Assembly (NCBI GenBank): GCA_020137815.1
Contig: CM035354.1
Span: 124,001 to 188,000, forward strand
Origin: Hormiphora californensis
Lineage: Eukaryota > Animalia > Ctenophora
Direction: 5' to 3'
DNA: 64,000 nucleotides
Of this stretch, positions 37,200 to 51,890 are shown in pieces. Under the pieces are notes generated by a model. It was given only the letters and a program-made list of their open reading frames with translations. It was not told where the DNA came from and made no database searches. Position 1 is the stretch's first letter. The number at the start of each line of letters is the position of its first letter. A program made the position numbers and the translations under genes.

Positions 37200-40100
37200 G
37201 CATAATAATTAATTGTGAAATAGTACATGTGTGGGTCGTGGGGTTTCACTCCACTGCATATTATATGACCTAACTATTTATCCAACGTGGTAAACCACAT
37301 AGAAGACTGGGGAGAAGATTGTGATACTGATGAAAGTACTGATGAAATTGTTTCAATAGAAAAGTTGGTGACGCGGTCACCCCTACACTAGGGCCGCGCG
37401 AAGCGCGGCAAACGAAGCCGGCGAAGCCGGCTGAGTGTAGGGGATCTAATCACCAAATAGAAAAGTAAAATATAGTTCTCTCCACAACTGAAGATGACTG
37501 ACATAGTTCAGCCTAAAACTTTACATAATATACCTGGACAGACTACTAGTATGTAGTACAAATTTAGGTAGCAATATATGACAGTATTATGGTCTATCTA
37601 TATGGTGAAGCTTTACGTAAACACGCAGTACAATCTTTAAAGACTAATGACAAACGACAGCATATGTAAAGCAAGACTGAGTTGTGTAGGAAACAATATT
37701 GGGTGTACAAACTCAACAAATCTTCATGTCTCAAGATTCGTTTCAAATTCAGACCATTAATAGGATTAAGAAAACTTTGCAGGTTCAACAACTTTTCTTT
37801 CAGATGTATTGTACGCTATTCGCTAATACTCGCCTTCAATTACTCTTTATGTATGCGTATCTGAAGTCCTTATAAGTATATTAGTTAGTCCAAATGGCAT
37901 ATAATATACGGCGTGGGTCTATCATGCCAATGCTCTGACCACAGTTCTGACCACAGAATCTGAATAGGGTCAGGCCAATGCTCGGACAGGCGTGGGTAGT
38001 TGTGAACAAATTTGATCTAAGAAAAACACTAAATAGAAACAATGGTCTGCTGTAATTTACTAAACTTTATTGGCCGATCCAAGTCAAATATAACTTCTTT
38101 GCATACCGATAAAGCTTTTAACAAAGGACTAGCAGAGTTTACAATATGTAATATTAGCATGTCTGGCTCCTACCGCAGAAAGCCTAACAAAAGATGGATC
38201 TGTTATTATACTGGTGTCATGGAGAACTATGACTATAGTTAGGAGGATAAAGGCTGCCCCACTAACATAACAACTCACACATGGGGAGCTGTCATTTGTG
38301 AGAGAGTGAGATAGAGTGAGATAGATATGTGAGAGAAAGGGAGAATGAGAGAGACAGAGGGAGAGACAGAGCTGAGGGAGATAGTTAGAGAGTGATATAG
38401 AGAGGGGAGAGTGAGACAGAGGGAAAGAGAGGCCGAGTGAGATAGAGTGAGAAATTACGTGACATAGACAGATAGATAGAGAGATTAATTGAGAGACTGA
38501 GAGAGAGAGAGAGAGAAAGACATTTAGGGGCCTTACAAACACAGCTAATACTATATGAGGGAAATAGTGAATAGAAGGAAACTATCAATAACATGTTGGA
38601 GCTAGCTAGATTAAAATAAACATGAGGGTCCAGTGGGCACAAAGCCAAAATCGCCCCGCCACAGTGGCTATCTATAGCAAATTAAGACGAATTTAAAAGT
38701 ATCATATTCATTTAGGTCTGCGGTTAATACTTTGAATTGAGTTACAAAATTGAGAAGTGAGAGATTGGACAGAATAAATATTAAAGCTTTCGTCATCCAC
38801 ATGAGTATCATGCTGCAGTAGATTTTCGTGGAATCTTATTTGCCTGAATGAATTAAGCAACATACATCTCCTGGATCTCCCTCGAAATTCTATTCTGTGG
38901 CCCAGTTGTAAAAGCTGTAACCGCGATACACTACACACCCTGGGCCACACTGATACGTGTGAATCACACTGTGGCACTGTGATTGTGTGTGTGTTCAATT
39001 GTCCTTCGTCAAATAATAAAAAGAAAGAGAGCTTATGAAACTACCACCTCTAGTTCTAATATATATCTTCTCTATCCAGATGGCATTGCCAGCTGTTTCA
39101 CGAGCGAGTGATCTCTCAATTCAGTTACGCTCTTGAGTCTATGACATAAATCGGCATATGGTGAATTGAAACAACAAAAAAGCCGTTAAGATAGCGGATT
39201 GGTTTGATATCAGATAAGACTATTGTTGCTGTCAAGTGGCAGTGATTTTTGGTCTGCTCAGGCACGCGTGGGGTGAGTCATCCAAGCCTGAGAAACAAAA
39301 ACAAGGCTGGGGAGGTGGTTTGAGTAAGTGGTCCTAGCTCCCACGTAAGATAAAATACTCGTAATTCAAATAATTCTGTTTTGTGCAGATAAACTCAAGT
39401 TGTAATTAAGAAGATAAGGTCTGCCCATGTTTACATCATACATTTACAGCATGTTGAGAGAGACAGCAATAATACACTCACATGAAATTCCCCGCACAAA
39501 ACTTGTAGGTCCTCTAAATGTATAAAGGCCATTAAGTGTACAACTACCTCTCACTGAAGCCATGCTACTCAGCAAAAATCTCTTGAAAGGATAGTGACAT
39601 GTTGTGTACATCTGTCAGGCCAATGCCCTGACCACAGTTCTTGCGCTCATTTGAGAGAAATGAGAATAGGGTCAGGCCAATGCTCTGACATGTGTACATT
39701 TCATAGATTCTCTGTCAGATCATTGGCCTCAAAGCGCGAGAACATGGGCCTGACAGTAGATTCTTTGACTGAAGTGTGCGTCATATGTAGGTACGTAGGT
39801 CACACATGTTTAAAGGATGGCTCATGATCAGATTCAAATTATTCAAAGGTTGTTGTCGTAGTAATGGTCAATACTGTTGAATTGAGAATTCCCTTGATTA
39901 ATTTGACATCTAGTCGAATGAACATGTAGCTGTATAAAGTATGTAATATTAGCTGTATGACCCAGACGAATCACTCATATCAACATGACAAAATGAGCAT
40001 AATTTGTGCGTCAGAGTGTATGATGTGTAACCGTTTATATCTATATGAGAACGAACGTCTGATGAGAGAACTAGGACAGATAAAATTATGGAAAACGGGA

Positions 40101-40879
40101 GATAATAAGCAGAGATTTGTGGAAAACGGGAGATAATTAGTTCACATAAAAGTGATCGGGAACGACCTACAAAGCAAACTAGGAAGTGGGAACTTGGGAG
40201 ACAATGTCGAGAATATTATAATTATAATATCGAGTGTATCAAATTATATTCTTCTGTCGCGTGAAATTGCTTCAGTCGGTGATCATTGATCATTGAGACT
40301 CATTGTCGGTGTTGCGTAATATTATGTTGAGTTAGTAACTCAATGAGTTACTCGACAAGTTATATTATGTTTTCCAACTGCATGTCATTCAGTTAAAACA
40401 ATCTCTGTTGGCGACAAATGGATTAGGAACTCGTATACAGCAAAAAAAGATGGCTAGATGTAGAACATAACAAGCAAAAATGAAACAAGCAAAGTTAAAC
40501 ATATAACGTGCAAGAAGGACTTTTTAAAATGTGCCTCTCTAGAGCTTGGTACAATCGAAGCTTTGCAAAGACATTTTGGACAAGGATAATGCGAACAGGG
40601 GTATCTGCCAGTATACCTCATTGAGTAATACTGTATGCGGCATACTCAATAAGGCATACCGCCACACCAATTTAAAACTCTACGAAATGAAAATATTGCG
40701 GGTAAATGGCAATATTATTGCCGCATAAATATCAAACTTGCATGCATCAGAGCATGCGCAGAGAGAGAGAGAGAGAGACGAAGGGATGTGTATAGGCTCT
40801 GTATAATGAGGGGTAAGAGGAGTCTCCTTAATGTTTCCTCTCTCAATCTCCTGGAGAGAGGGAGGAAGACAAAAGGAAG

Positions 40880-40957
40880 CTGTCAGGCCAATGCTCTGAC
40901 CACAGTTCTCGCGCGCTCCGCGAGAAGCGAGAATGGGTCAGGCCAATGCTCTGACAG
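40880..40957. repeat. Short dispersed repeat/MITE family with TCAGGCCAATGCTCTGAC direct repeats (also ~29597-29720, 37925-37990, 39612-39690, 21740-21785)
   Basis: Recurrent ctgtcaggccaatgctctgaccacagttct...gaatagggtcaggccaatgctctgac. Confidence 0.75.
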
Positions 40958-42223
40958 AAAGGAAGAGAAAAAGGTAAACATTGCACGCATATGATGAAAC
41001 CGATTAATAACACTTTCTAACTAAATATCGGGGAATAATCCTTTATCTCGCAATTCGCATGCATCCAACACGGTGTGTGTTTGAAGTAAGGTCATTAGTT
41101 AATAGTTTGATGACATATCCACGGAATTCTCGTGTCTCACTTACCCGCCCTTATTCTGTCTGGCGGCGCCAGACAGCCCTTATTCATGATTATGGGAATT
41201 CCAAGAAAACTGAAATATTCACGAAACAGAATGAGCATGTGGCTTACTAATACTATTTTCAAAAAGCTCTGCCTCAGGCAGTGCCTGGCGACGCCGACCC
41301 GATCCGGATCTGGCGACGCCAGACAACCGATTATTTGATTACGTCAGGCGCGATGACGCGCATCTTGACAAAGTACTGTCCTGGACGCGCAGCGTGGGAA
41401 ATTGGGACCAGGGTGCCTGAGGTTGAAAACAGAATCAATACCGGAAGTTGGTAGAACTTTGCCGGTATGGAGGAACAGTTTGGATCGGGCATCCTCACTG
41501 CACATGTAACCGATGCTGGGAGTTCTTGTAGGATCAAATCTGAGAGTTAACAGGGTTTGCCGTTTGTCACTGCCGGACAGTTTAGTGCGACATAAAAGGT
41601 CTGAGATTGCTGAGAGATGTACAGTACATTGTAGTACAATTTGTACCGAGAAAGATATTGTCTTTCAGCAACCTCTTTTGTTTGGCAAAATAAAATTGTC
41701 AAGTTTTGTAGAAACGTTAATACTAGCGTAACATAACAATAATATGGGGGGTAATTAATATACGAACAGTGTATTTCTGCAAATGTCAACACATACAAGT
41801 CACATACATATGACGTGCAACTATAGTCCTATGTGTAATATACGGAATAATAAAAGGTCCAAAATTCGTCAAATAAATCCATCATGTTGCTTTTATCAAA
41901 CACAAGATGCCTCCTTTTTTATCTCTCACGTTTTCAATTTTCTTCCATCTTCATCGACAAATTACGGAGTGTTTAAAAACAAACAACAAGACCTTTCTGA
42001 TTCTTCTGATTATATTCACACACAAACAAATTGTTCGGTTCAAGCCGCTATTATTCTTCAGAACGGTGATGTAATTATTTGGGCAAGAACAAAAAGTGAA
42101 AACTTATTAACAGCTCTGATCTCAGCTCCGGACTGAAGAGAGCTGAAATTGCACACAAACATTATACAAAGAAATGTGCATATAACTTGATTTACAACGT
42201 ATATTTCTCTCTGCAAGAGATGC

Positions 42224-43039
42224 TCAAACAAGGGATGATTTGGGTAGGATAGGGGTGAGAGCGGCAGGGGTCATCTCTCCTGACGGCCCGGCCTCAGCAG
42301 CATCCTCTTCAATAACAAGCCGTTTCACATTCCCATCATCTTGGCGGAGTAGGAGGGTAGGGGATGTAGGGTGCATGGGGGTGACAGCATTCAGGGGGAT
42401 TTTCTTCTTAGGTTGGGGAGTTATGAACTCGATAGGAGGGCTGGGTGGGGTTGGTTGGGATGGAGTAGTGGGGGTAACATCTCCATCCTCCTCAACCGCA
42501 GTTACACCTCGCAGTATCTCCAGACTGGTCGGCCTCTTCTTTGCAGCCTCCGCAGCCCGAGATTTCTCCATGGCCTTCCGGGCATTAGAAATGGCATCCA
42601 TCCACTGTTTTTTAGTGCCACTCTGTACGGACAGTTGGTGGCCGGTTGATTCGTGGTCGCTGACTCTCATGAAGTTCTTGGAGACTTCCCCGCCCGTTGT
42701 GCTGAAGGTCCTCTTGAAGCTGCCCCCAACCCGAACCTCGGGGAGATCTTCCACACAGATATCCGACACAGGGATGGGCTGTCTGTAAACCTGCGGAGGA
42801 AGGAGGGTTAGTGGGGATTCAACACCAAAATCGTGATATTATGATACTCTTTGCCGAGAATTGTTGCCTTGATTTTAATTGATCAAGGCAGAGTGTCAAG
42901 CGACTGAAGCCTTGATAGATGTTAGCTTTGTTTGGGGCAGTTGCATGTTGTTTTTGACAAAACGGGCTACTGCCTGAGGGTCAATTATTAACAGTCCTTA
43001 GTACAATAGTGTAGTACACAGCATGTAAACAAGTGAGAG

Positions 43040-43088
<49 letters not shown>

Positions 43089-45869
43089 AGGTAAGGGCGG
43101 GGCTAATGAGGTCGTCTAGAGTTTGAAGGGCGTCACTTGGAGGTACAAGCGTCAAATTTCTACACTCAAGTTCAGAGACAGAGCTCTAACTGACAACCAA
43201 GAATTAAAATTGTTCTATGTTTTCTGTTCACTGATCATGCAAGATGAGATGAAGGGATAAAACCAAAACAAACCTGATAATGAGTTTTCTCCTGCTTCTG
43301 TAGCTGGCGACTCAACACGAACACCGTATCAAATAAAAGGGCGTGCAGTTTCTGAAAAAAAGAAGGAAGATGTCAGTTTCATTTCAAAAAGGTTTGAACG
43401 AGGCAAAATGACAAACTCCCCGGCATTTATATTTCAGTTTCTTACCGTTCCGTTCTTGTTTTTGATAGGTCCATCACAGAGAAGGACAGAGGCAGAATGA
43501 ATCTCGGGTGTGTTGTGTCGTTCCTGGAGGAACACTAGCCTGCTCTTGAACTTATTACACTGGGGATAGGGGTGTTGGTTAGGAGTGTGTAATGTGTATG
43601 TTATGATGGGGGTGTTGGTTAGGGGTGTGTTGGTTATACAGAGGGTAGCAAGGAGATGATACTAAACATATTGTGGGGGAGGGGGAAGAAGCACTATTTT
43701 CTAATTTAAAGGCAGATGATATTTTAGTGGACTGCCCCCCTTGAGAGAGATAACGAACTCACCTTTGCCTGTCCAGTAGCTTTATCTACCACACCAAGGA
43801 CCTTGTGTAGCCGTTCAATGGACGACTGAAGGCCGATCTTATCAGCATGGGTTGGAACCGTCATCTTGATGATGTTCTTAATCAACAGCACATACTGAAA
43901 GGGGGGGGGGGGGCTTTAGAAGATCAACAAAGTGGGTAAACTTGAGGTAGGAGAATCAACCAACTGATGAAACTCAAAACATGGGATGTGATTTCGATTC
44001 TGTGCCCTAATAGCTAAGTCCTACAAGACACATGTTCTTACCTTGGGTAGACGTCGTCTGGGTGTATCCAAGAAACTCCACAGATCAAGTTTCCGGGAAA
44101 AAGATGAAGATCGACATCTTTCAAGGAAATCAGCAACTGCTGGTTTGGTGGCGATATTATCTAGAACCTCTTTTGCGTAGATCTGGTTGCTACAGTAACG
44201 GGAGTAACAACCCAGCTTGGGCACCTGACAGGGGTAAAATGCTACTAAAAGGGTGGTTCAAGGTTCAATTCACGCATGTCTCCTTGTTTTGTAGCACGGT
44301 GAAACGGGGGTGAAATAGGGTCGAGCAAGGCAAATGTCTCCTTGATTTAACTGTACATAACTATTCAATCTTACCCAGCGAGATATCGTCTCTGAGATAG
44401 TATCATATACTCCTATCTGGTTCCTTAGTCCCTCTAGATCGTCCACTAGCTGCTGGTGAACCTGTGATGGAATCATGTTAACCAAACATACTAAATAAAC
44501 ATATTAACTGATTTTAAACTGGTCAATAACTACGCAAGATTGTAACTAACCTCAATCAGCTGTTCGATATTCCCAAAGATATATCCCATCTCCTCCTCCG
44601 AGACCAAACCAAGCTGCTTCATAGGACCATGAAATACCCTCTGAACAAGGCTCAGGTCTTCGACCAGCTCCTTTTCACCCTGCAAAAGATATAGTTATAG
44701 TAACACGTCAGAGCGTACAATATACTGGTTCAAGCAGAACTGTTTTGTTCAAACTATTTTTAGGAGGGTCGATCAAGGCAAATGCAGAACGGTACATTAG
44801 AGTAAATATCAAAACTTAAAAGAAGCCCAAGTATGGTATTTTTAGTTTGGGGATTACTTTAGCTAAACTTTGTTGCACTAATTGTTAATATGTTAATTGT
44901 GATTAGTCTCACCTGGAGCAGCTCATAAATCGCCTCCTGTCTCCGTATCAGGGCTGGGGGCATGTGCTCTAGAACAAACGGGTCTACTGTATTTTGCCAC
45001 ACCATGTGCTCACGAGTCTTGGATGGGGTCAGGGCAGGGCCGGTGTATGGTTTTATGAAGTCGTTACTAGGAGACCTGAAAACAGGGGAGAAGGGTGTAA
45101 AATCGGGTTGCTGAATTTTATGGTTCTAACCCTCCTTTACAGAGAGTGGGTCGAACAAGGCAAGGATTTCAATATTGGCCGTAGGGGGTAATACACAGAT
45201 CACACATATTATATTGTGTCTGGTTATATTTTTGTGTGCCACTTACCGGACCATACGAAGACTATTAGTTCGGCTGAGGGTGGCAGACTTAGTTCGTCCT
45301 GGTGTTATGACAACATTACTGAGGTTCACCCCAATACTACCGTGCCTCTTTCGTTTACTGTTACTGTCATTCAGATCTTCACACATCTTCCTTTTCCGTT
45401 TCATCTTCTCTTTCAACTGAGGGAGAGAGGTAGAGATAGGGGAGAAATATATAACAGTGAGAGAGAAAGATAAAGGAGAAATAACTTGATACAAATAGTG
45501 AAAGAATACTGGGGGGTAGGTAGAGAACTGCATTTTAAACCATACCTTGTTTTTGATCGAGTAGATACCACCGGATAAAGATGCGATACTAGATCGAGAT
45601 GTAATGGAAGATATACTGTTTACACTTCTGAGACTGCTATTACTACTCTTTCGCTTTAGTGGCCGCCTGAGACAGAATGGTGTTAGTATTTCAAATGATG
45701 TAAGGATTCAACCGACGCGGCGGTCGATGTTTTGAAAAGAAGTCACGAAATCAAAGAGTTGATTGGGGTGCAGTTGTTGAGTAAGGGGTGATAGACCTCC
45801 TCCACTCAAGTCTCAACAACCAAAAAGGAGAGGGACTCACAGGGCGGGATGCTCTAGAACACGATCCAT
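42224..45869 (-). CDS. NET1: NET1/ARHGEF3-like RhoA GEF (DH-PH), ~11 exons; possible longer isoform from 48730
   Basis: RRQEAIYELLQGEKELVEDL; YCSNQ; FSRKLDLWSFLDTPRRRLPKY; YQVYRQPIPV..EDL...VGGSF; C-terminal SSLV. GT-AG introns in phase. Confidence 0.88.
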
Positions 45870-46040
45870 GATGTACTACCGCAATATGGGCTAAATAGAT
45901 CGGGAAGTCAAGAAACGAACTCAATCGAGAGTTCAGGAAAATGGGCTAATTGTTAACTGTCAAGAGCAGTAGATGGACAATGGATTAGAGTAGTTCTGCA
46001 GAACAAAAGCAACGTTGGAGTTTAGGTAATTGCAAGTCAG

Positions 46041-46132
<92 letters not shown>

Positions 46133-46567
46133 AAGAAAAGTTGATTGTTCTCCTAATGAGTCGGTTACACGAGTTGTTCGTTGCATGGTAACCATCGCCC
46201 AATCACGATGAGTGGAGTGTTCTAGGAGGGGGATCCAGTATACTCATTGGACCTTACGTAGCACCCTATACGAAATCCAATCCGCCCAATTAGCCCACAC
46301 ACACTTCCCTCACTTTTCCGCCTGGAGGGGTATGCCACACTATGTCTGCCTCCGGGGTAGTTAGTCACGTGACAGAGGGGTGTCACGTGATTCCTGACAG
46401 CCCAAGTGACACTAAATCAGAGTGGGTACGCGCAACCGAAATGCTGACAGCTACCGCGCGCATACTTTTCATACCACAACACCCGTGCATGAGAGGAAGG
46501 AGAGCGCGACAAAGGGGAGGTAAATTCAAATGTTTGGATGCCGCCTGCTGCTTGCCACAACATAGAG

Positions 46568-46679
<112 letters not shown>

Positions 46680-47095
46680 ATAGTATAGCAGAGAGAGGAG
46701 ATAGATATCTATAGCTCTCGCTCAGGCTGGCGAGAGTATGAGCTAGATCGTCTCATCGTCGCGCTCCGTCCTCTCTCCTCGCGATCTGCTACGCTCTCTC
46801 CTCTCGCGGGGCTCTCCGAGCAGCGCGCTTCCGCCTCTCCTCTGCCCCTTGCTCGCCTCTCGTGTCTCTCGTAGCTTCTGCTCTGCTCTGCCGCTCTCTC
46901 TTTCTGCTCAGAGCTCCCTCGTCTCTTCGTGCTCCTAGCGAGGGCCAGGAGTAGCGGGAGCTGATGCTTGCAAGCCTACACAGCTAACCACTCTATCTCT
47001 CACAGCTATGCATACATCCGTCAGTACGCATCTCTCTCATCAAAGGTGGTCCTACCCCCACGCAGGCCGCTATCCCCGGCCGCTCCACGCCTCCC

Positions 47096-47476
47096 CACAC
47101 AGCGGAGTGAGCAGCTGTCAGGGGCACTACCGGAAAAGGGGTGGTAATAAGCGTGGGTGAGAAAGGGAGAGAAAGGGGGTGAAGAGTCAATAGAAAGTGA
47201 GAGTGAATAGTAGAAAGGGGAGGGAACAAAAAGAGAGCAGTGACAAGCAGAGGAACTAAATCAGGCTTGAATGAGAGGCGGCAGTGGATCACTTCATTAG
47301 TGGGAACCGCAGCTAATCCGCCGTACACTCACACAGCGGAGTGAGCAGCTGTCAGGGGCACTACCGGAAAAGGGGTGGTAATAAGCGTGGGTGAGAAAGG
47401 GGAGAGAGGGGAGGGGGTGGTGAAGAGTCAATAGTGAGTGAGGGCAGTAGAAAGGGGAGGGAACAAAAAGAGAGCG
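47096..47476. repeat. Local direct duplication (~145 bp, period ~235 bp)
   Basis: cacacagcggagtgagcagctgtcaggggcactaccggaaaagg... occurs at ~47096 and ~47331. Confidence 0.85.
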
Positions 47477-47783
47477 GTTTGAAGGGTGGTAGACATTGGC
47501 GGATAAGATATTTTGTTCAGTCAGGAAATAGAAAAGCAAATAAACTGCAGACAGAATGACTCCAATTGAATTGTTCATTCGTCTTGTGATAGTGAATAGA
47601 AGAACTTGAGAGAGTTATAAGCTGTACTATTATAACACTGGCCAATTGTAGACATCTGTCGTATTTTGTAGGAGCCTGTATAAACAAGTCATGGTAGATT
47701 TACCATGGCTCCTTGCACGGCAAATTAACACCTCCCTGCCCCACCCCTCACAACTCGTTTGAATATTTAGGGGGCTTTATTAC

Positions 47784-48730
47784 CTGAATCCTAATATATT
47801 TTCAGAGCTTGCCAGAATAGCCATTTCCTTCTGCAATTCTGAAGTGGTTCGTTTTGGTGCTTTTGGTGTCGATAATTCTCCTACGGAAGAAGGAACTGTG
47901 AGGGAGAGCTAGAGGGAGTCATGTCATAACTCAGGGAGAGAGAATGTCAGAGGAATCGGGGAGAGAATTTCCAAAATAACCTCCAGACGAGACAAAAATG
48001 ACACCGTAATAAAGCGCGGGAAAAGATAACACGAAATGAAGTCATTCGGTCAGCATAATTCGGAGGGAGTTCTGTGTGATTGGAATGCACAGTAGAAGGA
48101 ATGTGAGAGGGGGTATCTGAGGGAAGTTGAGGACTGAGGTATTGGGACATTCTACTGCAGTAGCGATACCGGGATAAAAACTTGACTCCCTTGACTAGCT
48201 TCTCTCTCTCTCCCTATTATAAATCTCTCACTCTCGTATTGTTAAAACATAGTACGAACACAGTACACATGAATATGTGTTCGAAATTAGACGATTGTTC
48301 TATAAAAGAGAGCTACTAAAGAGTCATCAAGAGTCATTGCCAATTAATTAGACAGGTGTCAATATCCAGTGGGGAAGGCAGCAAAGGGGGGTGTTTTAAT
48401 TCGTCTGTTTTATTTACTTTCGTTTCAGTTTTGCATGCAAGAATACCAATCAACCAGACAAATGATACACAACCAATTTATTAACACAACACTATTTCAA
48501 GTTGCTATTACAGTCGGAACCCGATTTACCGGGATGTAATTATTGGGGGGATTGGAAAGGGTTTTGCCCGGTAAATCGGGGCCCGGTAAATCGAGTTGCT
48601 ACTAGATTACTAACCGGTAGCTGGAATGTTACTCATACTCTTCATCACAGCAGTAAGAGATGGAGTTGTGGGCATCCTGTTCTCAACATTCTCCGGTGTT
48701 CCAACTTCTTCTGTCTCTACTTGACTCATC
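47784..48730 (-). CDS. Putative alternative N-terminal exons of the NET1-like gene (48615-48730, ~47981-48117, 47784-47898)
   Basis: tag|gATG start; open frames whose phases (1,2,2) splice into the 45666 exon. No homology support. Confidence 0.4.
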
Positions 48731-49091
48731 CTATTAGTAAGGGAGTTGTTACAACGGAACAGCTGTATATTGAAATATGAAATACAAAACGGGATACAAA
48801 ACAGATTCTGGGGACGGGGTGTGAGAGTTAGGCGCTAGTTTGTCACCTTGAAATTAGGATCTCTAACCATAGAAGAGTAGCACTAGGGAAGAAGAGCTCA
48901 GCAATATATTATGTGTAATTAGATTTGAAACCAGATATAGCTCTACAGGGGGCAGTGGGAGTGGTGAAAAGAAGTCATACAAAATCAGGTGTGTCTAGAA
49001 AATAGTGTCCATCACAAAACAGATCAATAAATTACTACATGCTCAATTTTCTAAAAAACACTCACAAATCTCGATCACCAAAATATAAAAT

Positions 49092-49682
49092 TTAACCCGA
49101 AGCACCCTCTTCTCTCTTCTTATCTGCCAGCCCTGTGACACACTCAAACAATCTCTTGTCAGTTATGTCATTCTCATCTATCAAATATGATTCACCGTTC
49201 GCTTCAAATGACTCAAATACACCAACATTAACCGGAACACGAATATCTTTCGGATCAATTGTCCTCTCGTAAGATCTACAAAATAGGCTCAGTTTTGTTG
49301 CCACTATCTTATCATCTCCCTCCATTCTCATTTCAGTAACATAATTGCGTGTTGTGTAGTAAATTACCCCTGTGTATAGGTAGGTAAGGGAGATAGGGGC
49401 TCCTGTTGCTAGTGCCATCCATACAGATGAGAGGTGGAACTTTTTAGCAGCTATCATTGGGGCGAATATGGTGGTAAATCCAGAGGATGCGAGGGTGATG
49501 TAACGAGATCGCTTCACTCGAGGGGAGAGTTTTCCCTTGTAAGAATCACCAGAAAGACAGCGTGGAGAAATTACTTTAGCTGGGTTTATCAGTCGAGAGA
49601 TACAACAACGGATATTCATGGCCATGCCTGGAAAGTACATGTTGTTAGTTTCGTTAAAATCAAGATCAATTTGAGCAGCCAT
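49092..49682 (-). CDS. TMEM70: TMEM70-like mitochondrial ATP synthase assembly factor, intronless
   Basis: YKGKLSPRVK..SS, two TM segments, TRNYVTEM, DIRVP...VFESFEANGESYLID pattern. Confidence 0.8.
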   Translation of the reverse strand: MAAQIDLDFNETNNMYFPGMAMNIRCCISRLINPAKVISPRCLSGDSYKGKLSPRVKRSRYITLASSGFTTIFAPMIAAKKFHLSSVWMALATGAPISLTYLYTGVIYYTTRNYVTEMRMEGDDKIVATKLSLFCRSYERTIDPKDIRVPVNVGVFESFEANGESYLIDENDITDKRLFECVTGLADKKREEGASG

Positions 49683-49832
49683 ACCCAAAAAAATTCCACA
49701 CTGAAAAGGGAAACTCCAAACACAACCACATGGCTAATTCGAGTAAACTATACGGTTTACAATAGATAGTCGATATCACTAACCAATGAACGCAAACATA
49801 ACCCTATCGGGTAGCCCTAATCCGTCTCAAAC

Positions 49833-49976
49833 TAGTGGAAGCTCTTACGGTATTCCCACGACCGTGGGAAAAGAGAGATAGATATAAATACTAAGAGAGA
49901 GAAATTTCTCTCTCTTAGTATTTCTATTTATCTCTCTTTTCCCACGGTCGTGGGAATACCGTAAGAGCTTCCACTA
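49833..49976. mobile_element. Near-perfect palindromic MITE (TA-flanked)
   Basis: TAGTGGAAGCTCTTACGGTATTCCCACGACCGTGGG ... CCCACGGTCGTGGGAATACCGTAAGAGCTTCCACTA. Confidence 0.8.
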
Positions 49977-50421
49977 AACGCCAAAAAATGATTGTTGGCA
50001 CCGCGACCGGCGACTCGCATATTTTAAAGTTGGCCCTCGATATTTGGTTATTCTGCTTGACCGGGGCCCGCTTGGCCCTAGCCCTGAACATTTCCGAGGT
50101 TGCTCATCAGTAATCATACAAATATTTAATATCCCGCTACAGGCTCCAGAGCGGGATAAGGTTAGCCTACGCAGCAGGCCCCCATAGAAGCCGTAGGGGT
50201 CTGCAGCGCATGCCAAGGGATAAGGCAACGCTTTCCTTGTATTGGCAAACGCAGCGGGGGATAAGCAGCGCTTTTCAAACGCTTTCCAAGTTTCAAATTT
50301 TCAAACGGTTTCGAAAATTTTCAGATTTTTTTGAGCTGCGAATATTTTTTCTTGGGGGAAACTAATGTGCGGCGTTAATTATGTATTTGCGCGTTACCAA
50401 ACCCGCCGCGCATCCAGGGCA

Positions 50422-51890
50422 ATACAAGTTTACAAGTTTACAAGTTTACAATAAAAGTTTTAGTGTACACAACAGGCCTTCCCTTAGTGGGTCCACCTAA
50501 ATAAATTAAACACGTATCACCTCTCAGCCACTCTCAGACATTTACAGCACATTGAGGGGAAATATCATTGGGAAGTGATGGATAGCCTCTGACAGGGGGA
50601 CGGTCATAAAAGCCTGTCAAGTAATTGCCCAGGGATGATTTGAATTGACCTAAGCTTCCGCAAGAGTTAACGGCCGCTGGCAACCTGTTCCACAGGTGAG
50701 CAGCTCTCGGTCCGAAGGAAGAATGGTACTGATTCGCTCTCCAGGTCTCAGCCCGATAAGGAAACACTGGTGGGACTAACCTCATACCCAGCCTTGCACT
50801 GTGTTGGAACACAAGATTAGCAGAATTCGGAACAAACCCATGGATCGTCTTCCACACATGTATCAACATGTAACGTTGTCTCCTACGTTGAAGAGACATC
50901 AGGTTGAGAACTTTTAATCTCTCCCAATAGTCGAGATTCTGCATTCCATCAAGTCTTCTAGTAAAACACCGTTGGACGTTCTCAATTGACTTGATGTCCC
51001 CAGACTTTGACGGATCCCAGACCAGACAACAATACTCCAAAATTGGTCTGACCAGTGATTTGAAGAGTTGCAACATTACCTCTGGTGAACGATCTCGAAA
51101 AACACTGAAAATCCACCCAGATAGGAGAGAGGCTCTCCTCACAATGGTGGCAATGTGCTTAGACCAAGAACCATCCGAGGACATCTGGACACCCAAGTCA
51201 CGGACATCAGCTTCAGGAAACAGTTGTACTCCAGATTTTGTGGTATACGAACATATGTCAACTGAAAAAGGGAATTCCTTGTAGATTGCCGACTTGTTCA
51301 GTCTGTAACTCAGGAGTTGAAATTTCTGATCATGTAGCACCATATTGTTTATCTTGGCCCATTCTGTAACCTTCAAAAGATCAGATTGTAAACCCTCCTG
51401 ATCAACAATATCTGTTATGGCTTTCATTAACTTGGTATCATCCGCAAAGGTGAGACACATACTACCATCCAGTACAGATTCCAGGTCCAGTATATAAATA
51501 AGGAAGAGGAGAGGGCCCAGGACACTACCCTGCGCCACCCCGCTGAGCACCTCCACCCATGGTGACCTAACCCCATCCACCATCACACACTGCTGCCTGC
51601 CCAGGATCCACGCACTGATCCACTGATGAAGTTTTCCTCCAATCCCGTACCTTTTCAACTTAGCTAGCAACACATTGATATCCACCGAATCAAAAGCTTT
51701 AGAAAAGTCTAAATAGAGAACATCAACTTCTCTATCTCCACAGAGTTCAGTTAGGATGTAGTCAACATGAGATAACAGTTGGGACATAGTACTACGTCCC
51801 TTTCGAAAACCGTGTTGCGTTTCACTCTGTAACTGCATCTCATCCAAATAATCAGCTATTCTCTTTCTGACTAGCCGCTCAAACACCTTC
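50422..51890 (-). mobile_element. 5'-truncated CR1/Daphne-type LINE ('LINE C') with open RT frame and (CTTGTAAA)n tail
   Basis: QHGFRKGRS, YLDFSKAFDSV, SGVAQGSVLGPLLF, FADDTKL, YWERLKVLNLMSLQRRR. Confidence 0.92.

Noticed and set aside
41331-41540. Possible isolated exon or small ORF
   Set aside because: No recognisable homology or linked exons; cannot be supported.
46684-46960. Odd GC/CT-rich scrambled sequence after a long (GA)n (similar at 19270-19345)
   Set aside because: It looks like a low-quality consensus or degenerate microsatellite, with no interpretable structure.
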